Source of the DNA: Macrostomum hystrix
Lineage: Eukaryota; Animalia; Platyhelminthes
NCBI GenBank assembly: GCA_950097015.1
Contig: CATNEN010000001.1
Coordinates: 7,378,001 to 7,442,000 of the forward strand
Reading direction: 5' to 3'
DNA length: 64,000 bases
Every line of letters starts with the position of its first letter. Within the stretch, counting starts at the first letter, position 1. A program made the position numbers and the translations under genes. Shown here one piece after another: positions 22,945 through 35,992 of the stretch. The notes under the pieces were generated by a model. The model had not been told where the DNA came from and made no database searches. It was given only the letters and a program-made list of their open reading frames with translations.

Positions 22945-25841
22945 TTAATAAGCTAAGCAACTTCTCAGATGGAACGGATGACTGATGACGTAACGTTTCT
23001 TATTCACTCGCTTTTGTCATAAATATTAATTACTAGAAATAGACCGTTAGTACATATTAACAATCATAGGTGTCATGTATACTCTGAATCGTAATAAACT
23101 AAACTTTAGTTTCAGACGAAATTCTTTATTTGTCATTCGTTGTTCGAGCGTATTACTGCACTTCTATCCCTATCTCTAGTCACCGCTAGTTTTTATCATT
23201 TTTATCGCGTTTAAAAAACTTACAATGAAAGCAACTCTACACTGTTCTTGTGCGATTCCGTTGAGCACTCTAAAGATGAAGAACTATTTGAGCATAATAT
23301 TTGATGTTGTGATCTAGTGAAATATTAATTCTCTGGACAACAATGTCTTTTTTGTCTTACCGTATTTTATTTTCACTCTATTTTTACGGATTTAGTATAT
23401 ATTTAAATTTTAAACGAAGTTTTTCCTCTTCTAGAACTTTCCTTTGCATTTTCTGTTGTCATTGTCGATATTTTATTATTTTCTAGTCCACTTTGGCTTT
23501 TTTGCCTTGTTGCTTTATCAATATTTAAGCAATTCTGACTAGATCGGTTTGTTACAATCTGTCACCATAATACGTACGGGCTAAAAAAGGCCGTTGTTTC
23601 CGTCTTGATCTCCCGTTTAATGATTTGTTTCATGCAGCAGCTGGACAAAAATTTATTGTTTAGCCATAGGTATTTGTCTGGTTACTTTATTATTTTATGT
23701 ATCTTTTGTTTTCAGAAATGCAACGAAGAGAAAACCAGGGTACACTTACTACTCTCATCTCTAGGTCGACAATCGTTTTTTGAAAAGCCGTCGAAAATGT
23801 TACCTTTTTTGGTCATAAATGCCTCTTTTTAAAGTAGAAACATAGGCTTTACACAGTCGCCACAATTTTAGTTTTTTGGTTTATAGAATTTTCTGGTTGT
23901 AGCTGCACTATGCTAAATATGTGTTGTTTCTTAATTATACTGAATTTCTTAAATATCTTAATTATAATTATAAAATACTTCTATTTTAGTAGTCGCAAAT
24001 ATAATTCTATCTGGATGGTTTTTGTACCTTGATAGTTGATTATTAGTTGATAGTTAATAAGTTTTATAGCTATTTGTTACTGTTCAAGATAAAGTTCCTT
24101 ACTAAACTCGATTTTTAATAAAAAACCATACGGCAATAAAACAATTAGCTGTTTTATGATTTAGGATTGAACCGGAAAACTAATTAATTACTTACCATAT
24201 TTGAATTGCTAATTCTTAAGCGAAAAGTGTTTTTTGTTTCACTATACATAATCGCCTCTTATGGGAAATTATTGGCTTAGAAAAATCTACGAGAAAATCT
24301 GTCGAAACTGCTTTAACTTCCGGTTAGTTTTTTGTTAAAGTACGCGTGGGAGTTTTCCATGTATTATGTACTGGTAATAGCTGCTGTATCTGTATAAGTC
24401 GTTGACGGTCTATCATAAACTGCACGCGTGTTTACTTGCTGTGTATGCATGCAAGCAAAACAGTTTTTTCCGCATGCATGTGGAATCAGCTGACTCGGGT
24501 TTATAAACGTGAGTAGGCGGCATTATACTGTCGTGCTCGGAAATTTCCTAATTGCACGCGTACAGTTATTGGGAAAACTATTCCCTGACCCTAACCAACG
24601 TACAGTCTGACGTTCACGTGCCACCGATTTGAAGTGTTATTTGCATAATTGGCGAAAACGTAGGAAGACAACAATCAATAAACTCTACTCGTACATGTTA
24701 AATGTACAGTCGACGGGATAGCCGCATTTGACATCTGAAAGCTGCGTACGGCTGTTCAGTCCATGGACTGGGGGTACGCCAAAACCAACCTCAAATTACC
24801 GCACCTAATGCTGCGGTTCCACTTAGCTCGTAGCTACTGGAGGAACTGAAGGTTAAGTTAAGTGTCTTACTAAGCGATACAAAGTGTTCCAGGACTCGAA
24901 CCCTCGAACTATCAAGACGTGAGTCTCTTTGTCCGACCTCGCCTTGTTGATGTCTTTCTATACTATATCGATTATACCAGCGTATTGCTAGACTTTTCCC
25001 GATAAAAAAATCCACTACTCATTGAATTCTGAGCATTGTTTACTACCTGTCATATGAGTTAATCGTTATGCTCATTAGTCGACAAGGTCGTAGCTCATGT
25101 CATAGTACGACATTGCTCATTATCAGTCATGTGGTTGTGCGTCTTTTGCGTATATATGGAAAGAAATAGCTAATATTATTATTTAAAAGCTTGAAAAACA
25201 ATATTCGTATTAATATATCTCCTAGCACGCTACTGTGACTGGGCAGTGACACTAGGAGTATGAGGCTTTTGTAAATATTGCGCTATTCACACTACACAAT
25301 GAGTCACAACCGTCGCGAGATAACGATGGCTATAGGGAGTTGCCCTAGACATGGGCCACCCAACAGGCCTGAGTCCTGAGTCTAGCTGTTGAAGTTTCAA
25401 GGCGAGATGAGTTGAAAAAAATAACATCGCATGCAATGAAATAAGCCGGCTAAGAAGGCTTCTCCCAATATTGCACGCGCTGAAAGCAAGATAGGGTGAA
25501 TTTAGTTCACGCTAAGTACTGTGTCCGTCCTTCTCTTTTCATTTCAAATAAACCCCACCCCACCCCAGTCCTGCTACAACGTACACTGGCCTAAAAGAAA
25601 CTCCTACCCGAATGGGCAGTGTACGCTGCAGCCCATGTACATTCGAACCCCGGGGGGGAGAGTGGAAGATTCACTCCTGCTATGAACAGGCATGCAGACT
25701 CTCCCCAATGGCTTATAAAAAGCTTTAAAAAATCCAATCTCGTCCCCATGGCTCTCGGCTCTCAGCTGACTGCTGGAACCAATAAAAGTGCAAATCTTTC
25801 GATAAAAACAAGGCAAAAATAATAATAATCAGAACTTAACG

Positions 25842-28800
25842 ATGTCAGCTAAACTAAAAAACGACCATAATAATAAACAATCGATTAAATCAGCTGGCAC
25901 AGCTTTTGTCGTCACTGACGCAGCTTGCGATGGCAGTCAAAGTCAATTGTTAGCCGACGATACCCCGATGGAGGACGCCGGTTCGATGCCCGACAGGCTT
26001 CGTAAACGCCTGCTAACACCGAGATCTCGGCCAACCAATGAACAGTTGGATCAGAAGCTGGCGCGGGCGGAGCAAAGGAGACAGGTTAGCGCATCGACTC
26101 ATTTGTCTACTATAGATTGCTTACAATCAGGGGCGTAGCCAGAGGGGGGCAATGCCCCCCCCAATCAGCTGACGAACCTATGTGGCAACCCCTGGTAGTG
26201 GCGCCTCCCCTGTTAGTGGCGCTTCCCTGGTAGTGGCGCTTCCCCTGGTAGTGGCGCTTCCCCTGGTAGTGGCGCTTCCCCTGGTAGTGGCGCCCCCTGG
26301 TAGTGGCGCCCCCTTGTAGTGGCGCCCCCTGGTAGTGGCGCCCCCTGGTAGTGGCGCCCCCTGGTAGTGGCGCCCCCTGGTAGTGGCGCTTCCCCTGTTA
26401 GTGGCGCTTCCCCTGGTAGTGGCGCCCCCCTGGTAGTGGCGGCCCTGGTAGTGGCGCCTCTCCTTGTAGTGGCGCCCGCTGGTAGTGGCGCTCCCTGGTA
26501 GTGGCGCCCCCCAGAGGCTCACGCAACTCACACAATTATCAGACCAAGATACCAAGGAATAATAAAAGTACAAATAATCAGAGAACGCTTTAAAAGTACA
26601 AAAAGTACAATGCAATAAACGAGATCGCCAATTGATAGAATGTTATTAGAATTGTATGCTATTTACTCAACATATCGTAGGTAAAAGCTTTAAAATAAAA
26701 ATTTGCGAACTTTTTGTTTTGACGCAATTAACCAGAAAACTTGCGCTGAGGTGCAATTTAAGAAAATCGTTTATCCTGCTTCTACGAGCCGTAATTGCAC
26801 CAGTATTAACGTGAAGTTCTATCGCGAGACATATCGCGCAATTGATCCTGAAACCCTTGGAAAACGTGCCTACATCTATGCGACCTTGCTAATTGCATTG
26901 TAAATGTTTCTGCTGACCACTTTTTAATGAATACGCTACAATTTCCTAAATTATTATTTATAAAAAGGTCGACACTCAAACTACTCTACTGATGCATCAT
27001 TTGGCAGTAGTGCAGTGTGATAATGATAACTATATCATTTATCTATGAACTGCGACTCTTCAGAAACAATTTGACAAGCGCGCCGCTAGCGCCAGAGAAG
27101 CCGAAGCGCGGTGCCGCAGAGTCGCTGAAGCGATGGAAGCTCTTCACGCCAGACGTCCAGAGTCGCGCGCCCAGGTCGTGCAACGCTACGCTCGCCTGCG
27201 TCACGATCTGCAAGTTGTGCTAGGGCGTTTCAACAGTGAGGTTGAGCGCACCAACTGCGCTCTGTTTTCTGGTGCGCCGCTATTGGCTTTCGGCGGCGGT
27301 CTGGGCTATTCACCGCCGACTTCGTCAACATCGGCATCAACTCCAGCAGCCGCAGCTCATCATGCCACTTCTGCTAGGTCAACAGCGCTAGCGTCAACAG
27401 CTGAAGATCAAACCAGTCAATACAAGCATCGGCCCGGTACAGCTTTTGTTGTCTCCCACCTAAATAACCATCAGAGTGAGGCTGCGGCGGCCGCAGCTGC
27501 GGCTGCTGCAGCTGCCACGGCAGGTAAATCGGAAATGCCAGCCAGACTGAGGCAGCGTCTGGCGGCCTATCCGCGGCGGCGCGGCCGGCACGAGCTGAAG
27601 ATGGCGCTGGAAAAGAAGTTGGCCGATGCGCAGCGCAGGAAGGAGGTTCGAGTTGTATAGTCTGTTCTAATTGGCTGCATGTACATTACAAACACCAATA
27701 TAGTCTAATTTATCTTGTTTTGTAGTCCTGTGGTATGCTAATGCATGTTTTTAAGGTGGTTAGTGTCAGAGCATTCGATTCTTCAGGGTTCCTGAGTTCG
27801 AATCCGCTGGGGGCCACCATTTGGAGCGCAGCAGGGAAAGACGGCTTGAAAGCTGGCCATGCGATTTTTTCGCTCTTGCGGGCCAACCAACCCAGGGCAC
27901 AATGAAATCTGCACTGCCTGAGTATGAGAAAGTGAGGGCAGATCGGGCAGGGTTCGCTCTTGCGGGCCAACCACCCCAGGGCACAATGAGATCTACACTG
28001 CCTGAGTATGAGAAAGTGAGGGCAGATCGGGCAGGGTTCGCTCTTGCGGGCCAACCACCCCAGGGCACAATGAGATCTACACTGCCTAAATATGAGAAAG
28101 TGAGGGCAGATCGGGCAGGGTTCGCTCTTGCAGGCCAACCACCCCAGGGCACAATGAGATCTACACTGCCTGAGTATGAGAAAGTGAGGGCAGATCGGGC
28201 AGGGTTCGCTCTTGCGGGCCAACCACCCCAGGGCACAATGAGATCTACACTGCCTGAGTATGAGAAAGTGAGGGCAGATCGGGCAGGGTTCGCTCTTGCA
28301 GGCCAACCACCCCAGGGCACAATGAGATCTACACTGCCTGAGTATGAGAAAGTGAGGGCAGATCGGGCAGGGTTCGCTCGCTGCGGGTCAACTGTCGAAT
28401 GTGAAAGTGAATTAGGACAATATGTTTACGTTCTTTATTACTGCAGGATGAAATCTGAAATCAAAATGCGAATTTTCTGTTCAATAGAATGTCTCTAATT
28501 CAGTACTACTTGACCTATTACCTATTTCTCTAATTTCTCTTTAGCGCTATGAACAGCGACGGGCCGAGTCTATTAAAGAAACGGAGGAACGTTGTCGCCG
28601 AATCTCGGAGACCATGGAGGAAATTAGTCTGCAAGAGGCACCTGAAAACCAGCAACAAGCTTTAGCGCAGCAGCAGCAGCAGGACCAAACTGCGTCGCGT
28701 GTGTTTTACAGACGCGTGGCCAAATTGCAAGTCGATCTGGACTGCATGTTCACAAAGTTTAATAAAGAGATTGTGACGGTTCGCGGTCGCCCAGTGGAAT

Positions 28801-28961
28801 TGCTGGAGACTCTGGAGTGGCCACCGATGACACCGCAGCAGCAGCAGCAGCAGCAGGGACCTGCTGAACAATTGGAAGAGAAACCGCTGGGCATTGCCTG
28901 TCAGACTGACAGTCAAGTTTGCAAGAATTGCGGCAGAGATCCGAATGCTCAGGTGCAATAA
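25842..28961 (+). CDS. Protein with two tandem stathmin-like coiled-coil modules, 3 exons, ~413 aa
   Basis: Exons 25842-26084, 27064-27645, 28545-28961 (phase 0). Repeated module GTAFVV..MPxRLRxRL..KLAxAxxRx|..RCRRxxExME..DL....FNxE. The stathmin resemblance (GQAFELIL..KKLEAAEERRK) is from memory and unverified. Confidence 0.75.
26128..26515 (+). repeat. CAGGGGCGTAGCCAG-type repeat end followed by GC-rich minisatellite (CCCTGGTAGTGGCG)
   Basis: About 18 units of 17-20 bp at 26190-26512 in intron 1 of the stathmin-like gene. Confidence 0.8.
27752..28379 (+). mobile_element. SINE subfamily copy: tRNA-like head plus six tandem 84-bp core units
   Basis: Head GGTGGTTAGTG..GAGTTCGAATCC. Units start at 27871, 27955, 28039, 28123, 28207 and 28291 and are homologous to the SINE core GGGCCAACC..ACACTGCCTGA..TGAGAAAGT.AGGGCAGAT. 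Confidence 0.85.
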
Positions 28962-30360
28962 GTAAATTAACTTTAATTGCAGAAGACATAAACCAAAAAT
29001 CTTAAAATTTGAGTGGTATGAACCGTTTATGAAACATTATTTAAGACTAACTTGCAATAAATAATATTGAGCTGTATTGTAAATATATCATTGAGTAGAA
29101 TACTTTTTGTTGTAAGATTTTTCAGCACTATTACAAAGATACTCCTTAGGATAGATCAACATTTTACCAGATTAATGTTGAAATTTCACTACTTTAACGT
29201 CATTTCGCAATCATATCATTGGTGAGTCGTGACACTTTAGCATATAATTGTGTATTTTCCAAAACTGATCCTATACAGTAACAAAAAGCTGTTTTGGTAG
29301 TAGCATTGTGAATGCAATTACATTATAGAGAGTCATCCTTCATTCTAACCCTTTTGTATATTCCGTTTGTATAAAATATCATTTAGATTTTAGTTTTTTG
29401 TAAAGTTGTGACTTTGACCCACAGCTTCTCAGTGAAAGTAAAGTGGTTTATAATAGTTTGCTTTCACAGAGCTCTTTCGTGTATTTTCGCACTCATTCAC
29501 ACTTTCAAAGATCTGTTGTTATTACTTATTTATTGTTTTGTTTCACTAAAATTTACCAATGCGAAAATCGTTGACGAACTAAACAGATATTGAATGTACA
29601 TAGATTCCAAAAGTTTCGAACGTGTTATTCAGGAAAATTACTCTTTAATTTACCTTTCAAAAACTTTTCAACACTTTCATTGTTTTAACATACACGGTCT
29701 TTTCCGTGAATTGTCGTTCATTATGTAATTCTACAGTTAGACTTTCATTTTTTGTAAATAAAGTCTGAAAATGACCAGCTTAAAGTTCGGAATAGAGCAT
29801 GTCCGTTCACTTTTGGGGTTCACCGAAATGTACTGGTTGAACAGCGAATCCGCTCGCACTTGTAGATTATTTTTCTAAGATAGTTAAAAAGTACACCCAG
29901 TCTATTGTTAGGCCAGATGGATTGTATTGTTATAGGATACAACTAGCTGTCAGTCACTTTGGCAGAAATATTTTCTACCCGAATTAAGAAATCTAAAATG
30001 AAAAATAATTTGCTTGTAGTTGATATTCTGAAGGATGCGAGAAATACACTTGTGAAGTGTGGATTTACCTGCAGTTTAATAGTGCTGTGGCGCTATGAGT
30101 TCCCAGTGACGAACTTGAAAACTGTCTTCAGCAACGAACAATTAACAGAAGTCAGCAACTGATTAATTTAAGAAATACTCTACAATTTTTCTACCACAGT
30201 GCCTTGATAAAATGGCATTCTATAGAGTGGTGCAAGTTAAGACAAAAGGCTAGGAATCTGTGACCAAAAGGCAAATCGAATCTATGAAATGGCTTGCATT
30301 TGATCTAGTTCAGTAGGTACACAGACGAATTAGCGATCACATCCAAAGTGTCAGAACCAG

Positions 30361-32105
30361 CTAGCCGCAGGTCTCGGAGGTGGAAGCCAGCCTGAAGGAT
30401 ACGAAGCCCTGGTCTCCAGTCCAGCTACCATCGGAAACGCAGCCGCCGAGGCAGAAGGAACCTCCGCCGCCGCCGATGTGTCCGTAGTTAAGTCCGGCGC
30501 CTCCGCCGCTGAAGCCACCGCCTGCGCCAGGAGTTCCTTTTCCCGAGCTGCTCTGAAAACCACCTCCTCCGCCGCCGCCGAAGCCGCCGTCGCTGGAGCT
30601 GCCACCTCCGGCAACGCCACCCGCCCAGCCGTCGGCCAGACTGCCGCCTCGCTCACCGTCCGAGGAGCTCCGCCTGGGGTTGACGGCCTTGCCCAGCCAG
30701 CCCGCACCGCAGCCGCCATGGCTGCTAGTGGCAGGAGTGGAGCCCGGGTTGTTGAACCCCGGCTGACCATCGGCACCCCCAAGTCCCGAGAGAGCGCTGT
30801 TTGATCCCAAGCTGTCCGACCCGTTGACTCCAACTTCGCCCGGCCTTCCTTTTTTGAAAGATATTTCAAAAGTTACCTATCAGTTATAAACGCTTGTATC
30901 TTACTGCATAACTTTAATCAAGTAGATGTTGCTGCCAAAATAAAAAAAATTATTGACCAACCATTTGTGAAGGTGGAGGCACCGCCGCCCCCACCAGCGG
31001 CCAGCAGCAGCAGCTGGTCGGAGCTGCGGTACACAAAGCTGCCTCCGCCTCCGCCGCCTCCTACTAACTGTATGGAGGTCGAGCCGCCCATCTGGCCGAC
31101 GACGACGGTCAGCCGAGTGCCGGCCGTCAGGTTCGCCCTCGCACTTACCCTGGCTCCCTGACCTCCGGCTGTGCTCGTAAAGGTGTTGCCGCCACCCCTG
31201 GCTCCCGCAGCCTCGATCAGGTAGCAGCCGGTGGTGCCAATGACCACAGACTGTGTCGAGCCGTTTCGGCCTGTAGCGACACTGTCTGAAAGTAATGTGA
31301 CATTGCGATTCGGTTTCGCTATTCAGAGACTCTTCAGGACTTTCTTCTTACCGATGGTCACTGACGGACCAACACGCGAGAGGCTGTCCTCGGCTCTCCA
31401 CACCTTCGCACCGACTTCAAAACCCAGGACCATCAGCATCTTGACAATCGGAAGTCCAGACTCAACTGACGATGACAGAGCTTGTCCAGCAAGGATCATC
31501 TCGCAGGCGCGGTCGCGTTGCGCAAAGGACACCGCGAAACAGCCGATCTTCTCGCACTCGAACAGGCAGGCCATCTTTGACTTGGCGGCCCTGACCACCT
31601 GTGCGCCGCTGCTGTCCAGGGCTACCAACTGCGGCCCGTCCGTTGCGTAGTACTTCCGCTCAGCAATGCCTCCCAGTGCTGCCTGCGAGCTGACGGAGAC
31701 TGGAACGCGTTTGACGGCAAGAATGCAGCTCTGATTTGATTGGAAATATTCTTCTGTACACCTTACTGAGTGCAACCCGCGACGTACTGAACAAATAGTA
31801 AAAGTCACAGAGAAACTGCTTTCACTTTCGGTAAAACTTTCACGAGACTTTGAAACAAGAAATCGGCATAAAAATTTTCAAAGCCAACAATCAACTGTCA
31901 GTGCCAGAAATCAACTGTCAGTGCCAGCAATCAACTGTCAGTGCCAGCAATCAACTGTCAGTGCCAGAAATCAACTGTCAGTGCCAGCAATCAACTGTCA
32001 GTGCCAGCAATCAACTGTCAGTGCCAGCAATCAACTGTCAGTGCCAGCAATCAACTCACCAATCAGCAGGATGAAGGGAATCGATGCGCTAGCTTTCACC
32101 GACAT
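30361..32105 (-). CDS. Secreted protein: signal peptide, PAN/apple-like Cys domain and ALK/LTK-type glycine-rich domain, 4 exons, ~400 aa
   Basis: Exons 32105-32060 (MSVKASASIPFILLI), 31699 (or 31678)-31352 (ACLFECEKIGCFAVSF...C), 31285-30962 (YLIEAAGARGG..GGQGARVSARANLTAG..VVGQMGG..GGGGGSFV) and 30848-30361 (GGFGGGGGG..GAGGGFSGG..GGGGGSF..GFVSF). Phases are consistent. Confidence 0.82.
31885..32056 (+). repeat. 20-bp minisatellite (CAATCAACTGTCAGTGCCAG)
   Basis: About 8.5 copies abutting the intron-1 donor of the glycine-rich gene. Confidence 0.93.
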
Positions 32106-32574
32106 TTCTTCTAAAAGAAATCGTTCGAAATCGACAACTTTTTCTTGTCTAGAATACAGAACAGACTGTAAAATTCTCTGGGGTTTCTTTAGTTTTTCCT
32201 TTCTCTCTACTCTCTAATATAGCTACTCAATGCTGTTACTGACAGTCAGTGGTTGAGTTGTTTCTGTTCTCGCTTCAATTGTGATAGTAGGTAACTTGCA
32301 GCAAAGTTAAGCACAATTTTTGTCAAAAGTTATAATGAAGGCGGCTCAGTCAGGACTGCCTCCTTGATGCGTGGCCGCATGTTTCAGCGCTTCTGCTGGC
32401 ATGAAGCATTGACAATGCGTTTTTGTGAACGGTGACGGAGTTTTTACTTGGCCTGGTTGACTGACCACGGCTAAAATTCTGAGGATTGCCAGCTGAATGG
32501 GCTTGATCCGATTCTCTTCCAGAGCGATTGTCTGAATTCTCAAGTTTCAAGAAATAAAACAGACTGTGGGTAGT

Positions 32575-32745
32575 GAGGTGGGTGTAGGGATGAGAGAAGA
32601 GTGAGATGGGAGTAGAGATGAGAGTAGAGTGAGATGGGAGTAGAGATGAGAGTAGGGCGGGATGGGAGTAAAGATGAGAGTAGAGTGAGATGGGAGTAGA
32701 GATGAGAGTAGAGTAAGATGAGAGTAGAGTGAGATTGAGAGTGAG
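32575..32745 (+). repeat. GA-rich degenerate tandem repeat
   Basis: GAGTGAGATGGGAGTAGAGATGAGAGTA units. Confidence 0.8.
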
Positions 32746-32857
32746 ATCGAATTTGAGGCATCCGGTCTGTGAACCAAGAGCCCCATTGGGGTAGAATTAC
32801 AAAAGTAATTATGTTTGATACTCTCAGCATAATGCTACTAAGGTAACATGTGAATAC

Positions 32858-33135
32858 TGTCCCCGCAGCAGCAGAGAACCAATGTCCCTCAAACAGCAGA
32901 GAACTGATTTTCCGTCAGCAGCAAATGACCAATGTCCCCCCGGCAGTAAATAACCAATGTTCCCCAAACCGCACAGAACTATTGCCCCCTCAGCACAGAG
33001 AACCAGTGTACCTTCAACAGCAGAGAACCAATGTCCCCTCAGCAGCAAATAACCAATGTCCCGTCAGCAGCAAATAACCAATGTCCCCCAAACAGCAGAG
33101 AACCAATTCCCCCCCAAACAGAAGAGAACCTCCAT
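32858..33135 (+). repeat. ~22-bp degenerate minisatellite (CAGCAGAGAACCAATGTCCCC)
   Basis: About 12 degenerate units. Confidence 0.8.
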
Positions 33136-33204
33136 AATACCAGGCTACCAAACCCCCAGCAAGAAATATTTGCCCTCTTTCTCTGACAGAAAACCATTGC
33201 CCCC

Positions 33205-33775
33205 ATATAGAGGTGGTCCTGCACCCTGAACTGTCGCCAGTCCAGAGCTGCGGTGCCAACCCCCTCTAGTAACCTGCGTAAAGCCTTGCTTAGGCTAAAT
33301 CGCAGAGACCTGAGAGCAGTCACCATGGCCCTCTCGGGACATGGCTGCTTCACCAGAAACCGCTACCTCCAAGGCCATGTGCCTGAGGAAACGTGTCCCT
33401 TCTGCTGCTCCGGACGTGAAAACGCCGAGCATTTCATCTGCCATTGCCCGGCCTTCACCCGGGCTAGGCTAAAACATCTCGGGCCGGTGCCGACCCTAGT
33501 CGAAGCCTGCTCGCCCGATAGCATTCCACAGCTCGCCCACTTCCTCCGCGATACCGGCCGAGCTGATTTCTTCCCAGTCTATGGAGAGGGAGATCACGCG
33601 GCGGAACCGACCGACGACCCTGAGCGGCACCGCCTCGCTGGAGGCCGTCCGGCTGCCAGGGGTTAGCGATATGGGGGCACCGGCCGCCTCCTCGCTGCGT
33701 CCGTCATGGAGGTTCTCTGCCGCTAAGTCAAGCCCCCATATAGCAGACAAACTGGGCTACAATTAAGCTACCTGT
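33205..33775 (+). mobile_element. 5'-truncated non-LTR retrotransposon fragment (ORF2 C-terminal CCHC knuckle plus 3' UTR)
   Basis: [20 protein letters not shown]...[23 protein letters not shown] is the typical post-RT/RNase H zinc knuckle of I/R1-group LINEs. GC-rich relative to flanks; boundaries approximate. Confidence 0.8.
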
Positions 33776-34814
33776 AGATTTAATAAAAATCTCAAAGAGC
33801 TCAAAAAGAGGAAAATTGGGATTCAGAACGACCCCTAAAAATGCGATTGACTTGGGTTTGATGTCCTGTACCTTGATAATGTGGCATAGTTTTACAGCTT
33901 GACGAAAGGATCCGATTTAAAATGATGCTATTTATATAGAATCTTGCGTTTCAAACTACAGTACAGTAGGTGCATTCGAACTTAATTCGATCTCTCAAAC
34001 GCCAAAAATCGCACGACTAAGGATGTCATAATCTTTCTAGACTAAAGTGTAAAATTTCCGAGCGCACGCGTATAGGCAAGACACGCGTTAAAGTGAAACA
34101 CATCCCAAGTCTATTCCTCGCTGTCACGAATACGCAGATCTAGAACGTGATCTGTGACATGCTGGCGGGCCCAAGAACTGTCTGCTGGAAAAGTTTTCTT
34201 ATTTCTTCTTTTTTGCTAGTCTTGACTTGTTCGATCAGTTCTGAGCTAAATAGTCTGACTGCTGTATCTACAACAATATAGGACTAGAATCGTACGGTGA
34301 CACAGTAAAAAAAAAAAGAATTTGATCACGCCTCAGGGTTGAATGACTCTGAGGACAGGACACACATGACAAGATGGAAATAGGAGAGGGAGATTAAGTG
34401 AACGGATCCTTTGAAAAGCTTCAACGAACGACTGCGGCTATGCAGTAGTTGCGTGACTTGAAAGCTGGTTAAATAAAGTCTTACATGTAAGTCTTAAGAA
34501 GTATTTTGGGGAATTCGACTAGGAAATGCAAAGACAAATTTGTTTAAAAGTTACATTACATTTTTAGATACATAATTTGGAAATCAACACATCTGTTCCT
34601 GATGCAAAAATGTCACAAAAATTAGCTAGATAATTATACTCGTACATTTGAGATTCAATTCGCACAAGTAGGCTCACAGTAGCAGTAAACAAAATGGAAA
34701 AATCTAAAAAAATGTAATGCCCTAAATAGGATTAGTTAGACAACTAGACACTTTTTTCACAAAGGATTTAAGCTAGCATTATTATTCTTAGAAAGAGGCA
34801 AATGGGCATATTAC

Positions 34815-35992
34815 CAGTGTTGGGCACAGGTCCGATACTCCGATACTATCGACGATACAATTTGGTATCGCAGTATCAGACCTCGATACTATTTTGACGG
34901 TATGATCGGACTATGGTATCGAGCGATAATTTTATCATATTCGATACTCCGATACTCAATAGTCCGATACTTTTAACAAACGCTGCATTTAAAACCAAGA
35001 AAAGGCAACAAACAGAAAAATATGTGTAAACAAAAGAAAATGTACGATCGTATATAAATCATCAAAAAGACATTGTTGCTGAAAATTGTAACATTTTTGC
35101 TCCTTTTTTTCTAAAATGCGTTTAAGTACGTAAATCCGTAAAACAGTTTAAATTTAAATTTATCTAAACCTTTTTTCCAAATTCGAAGAAAGTGAAGTCA
35201 TTAATCAATCAACAACCAATAATTGATTGCCAGTGGACTACACTACACCAATAAATTGAACTGCAATTAGCCTTTCTTTAGTAGTGAAGTGACAGTAGTA
35301 ATTTAGTTATCCTAGTAACATATTTGATCTCATCTCACGTCATCTCTCATCTTTCTGTCGCAAAAGACGTCCTCCGAGCCAAGCGCGCGCCCATCGCTGA
35401 CATGACTCTAATAAGGCTACTCCTTCTCAGAGGCAATCATGCAGCATCTAATGAAATGAGTGGCAAGCATTGTTAAGCATTCTGACTAGTGTATCATTTT
35501 TTATCTGACATTGCTGATTACGATTAGTGATTGGACCTAATGCCCGGACGTCCTTTTGTGCAAGCCGGGAAAACTTTAGGGTTGGAGAGACTCGCTAATT
35601 CCTTGTTTACGCGATCGCGCCTCCCTCTCTTGCCTCCACTTTGTACATCGACATCGCACAAATAAATAAATAAAGCGCCAATCTTTGCTGCCACAACATC
35701 ATAAAATCTTAAAGGCCTCGCTTCCGCCTTAGCACATTAACAAAACAGTTGTCCCTTAAATTTCTGTCACAAATAAAAATAGAGTAAATACAGTGAAACA
35801 GTTTGGTACATGGTAAAATTTCATGTTTTGCCTTTGAAAGTTTTTTTGCATTTTCTGAAGAATCGGACTAAAGTATCGACGATACTCAAATTTTGGTATC
35901 GGACTCCGTAAATATCGCCGATACCTTTTGAGTATCGATATCGGAGTATCGCTTTATTTCGATACTTTTAAGAGTATCGATGCCCAACGCTG
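34815..35992. mobile_element. Non-autonomous hAT DNA transposon (1178 bp)
   Basis: TIRs CAGTGTTGGGCA / TGCCCAACGCTG, perfect 8-bp TSD CATATTAC (34807-34814 and 35993-36000), and many subterminal CGATAC/GTATCG motifs at both ends. Confidence 0.92.

Noticed and set aside
24840-24935. tRNA gene candidate on the minus strand (GGTTCGAGTCC)
   Set aside because: No cloverleaf; more likely a decayed SINE head. The same applies to the other tRNA-like heads.
27871-28379. Regular repeats that could be mistaken for a CRISPR array or a 28-aa repeat protein
   Set aside because: No unique spacers, eukaryotic intron context, and the units derive from the SINE.
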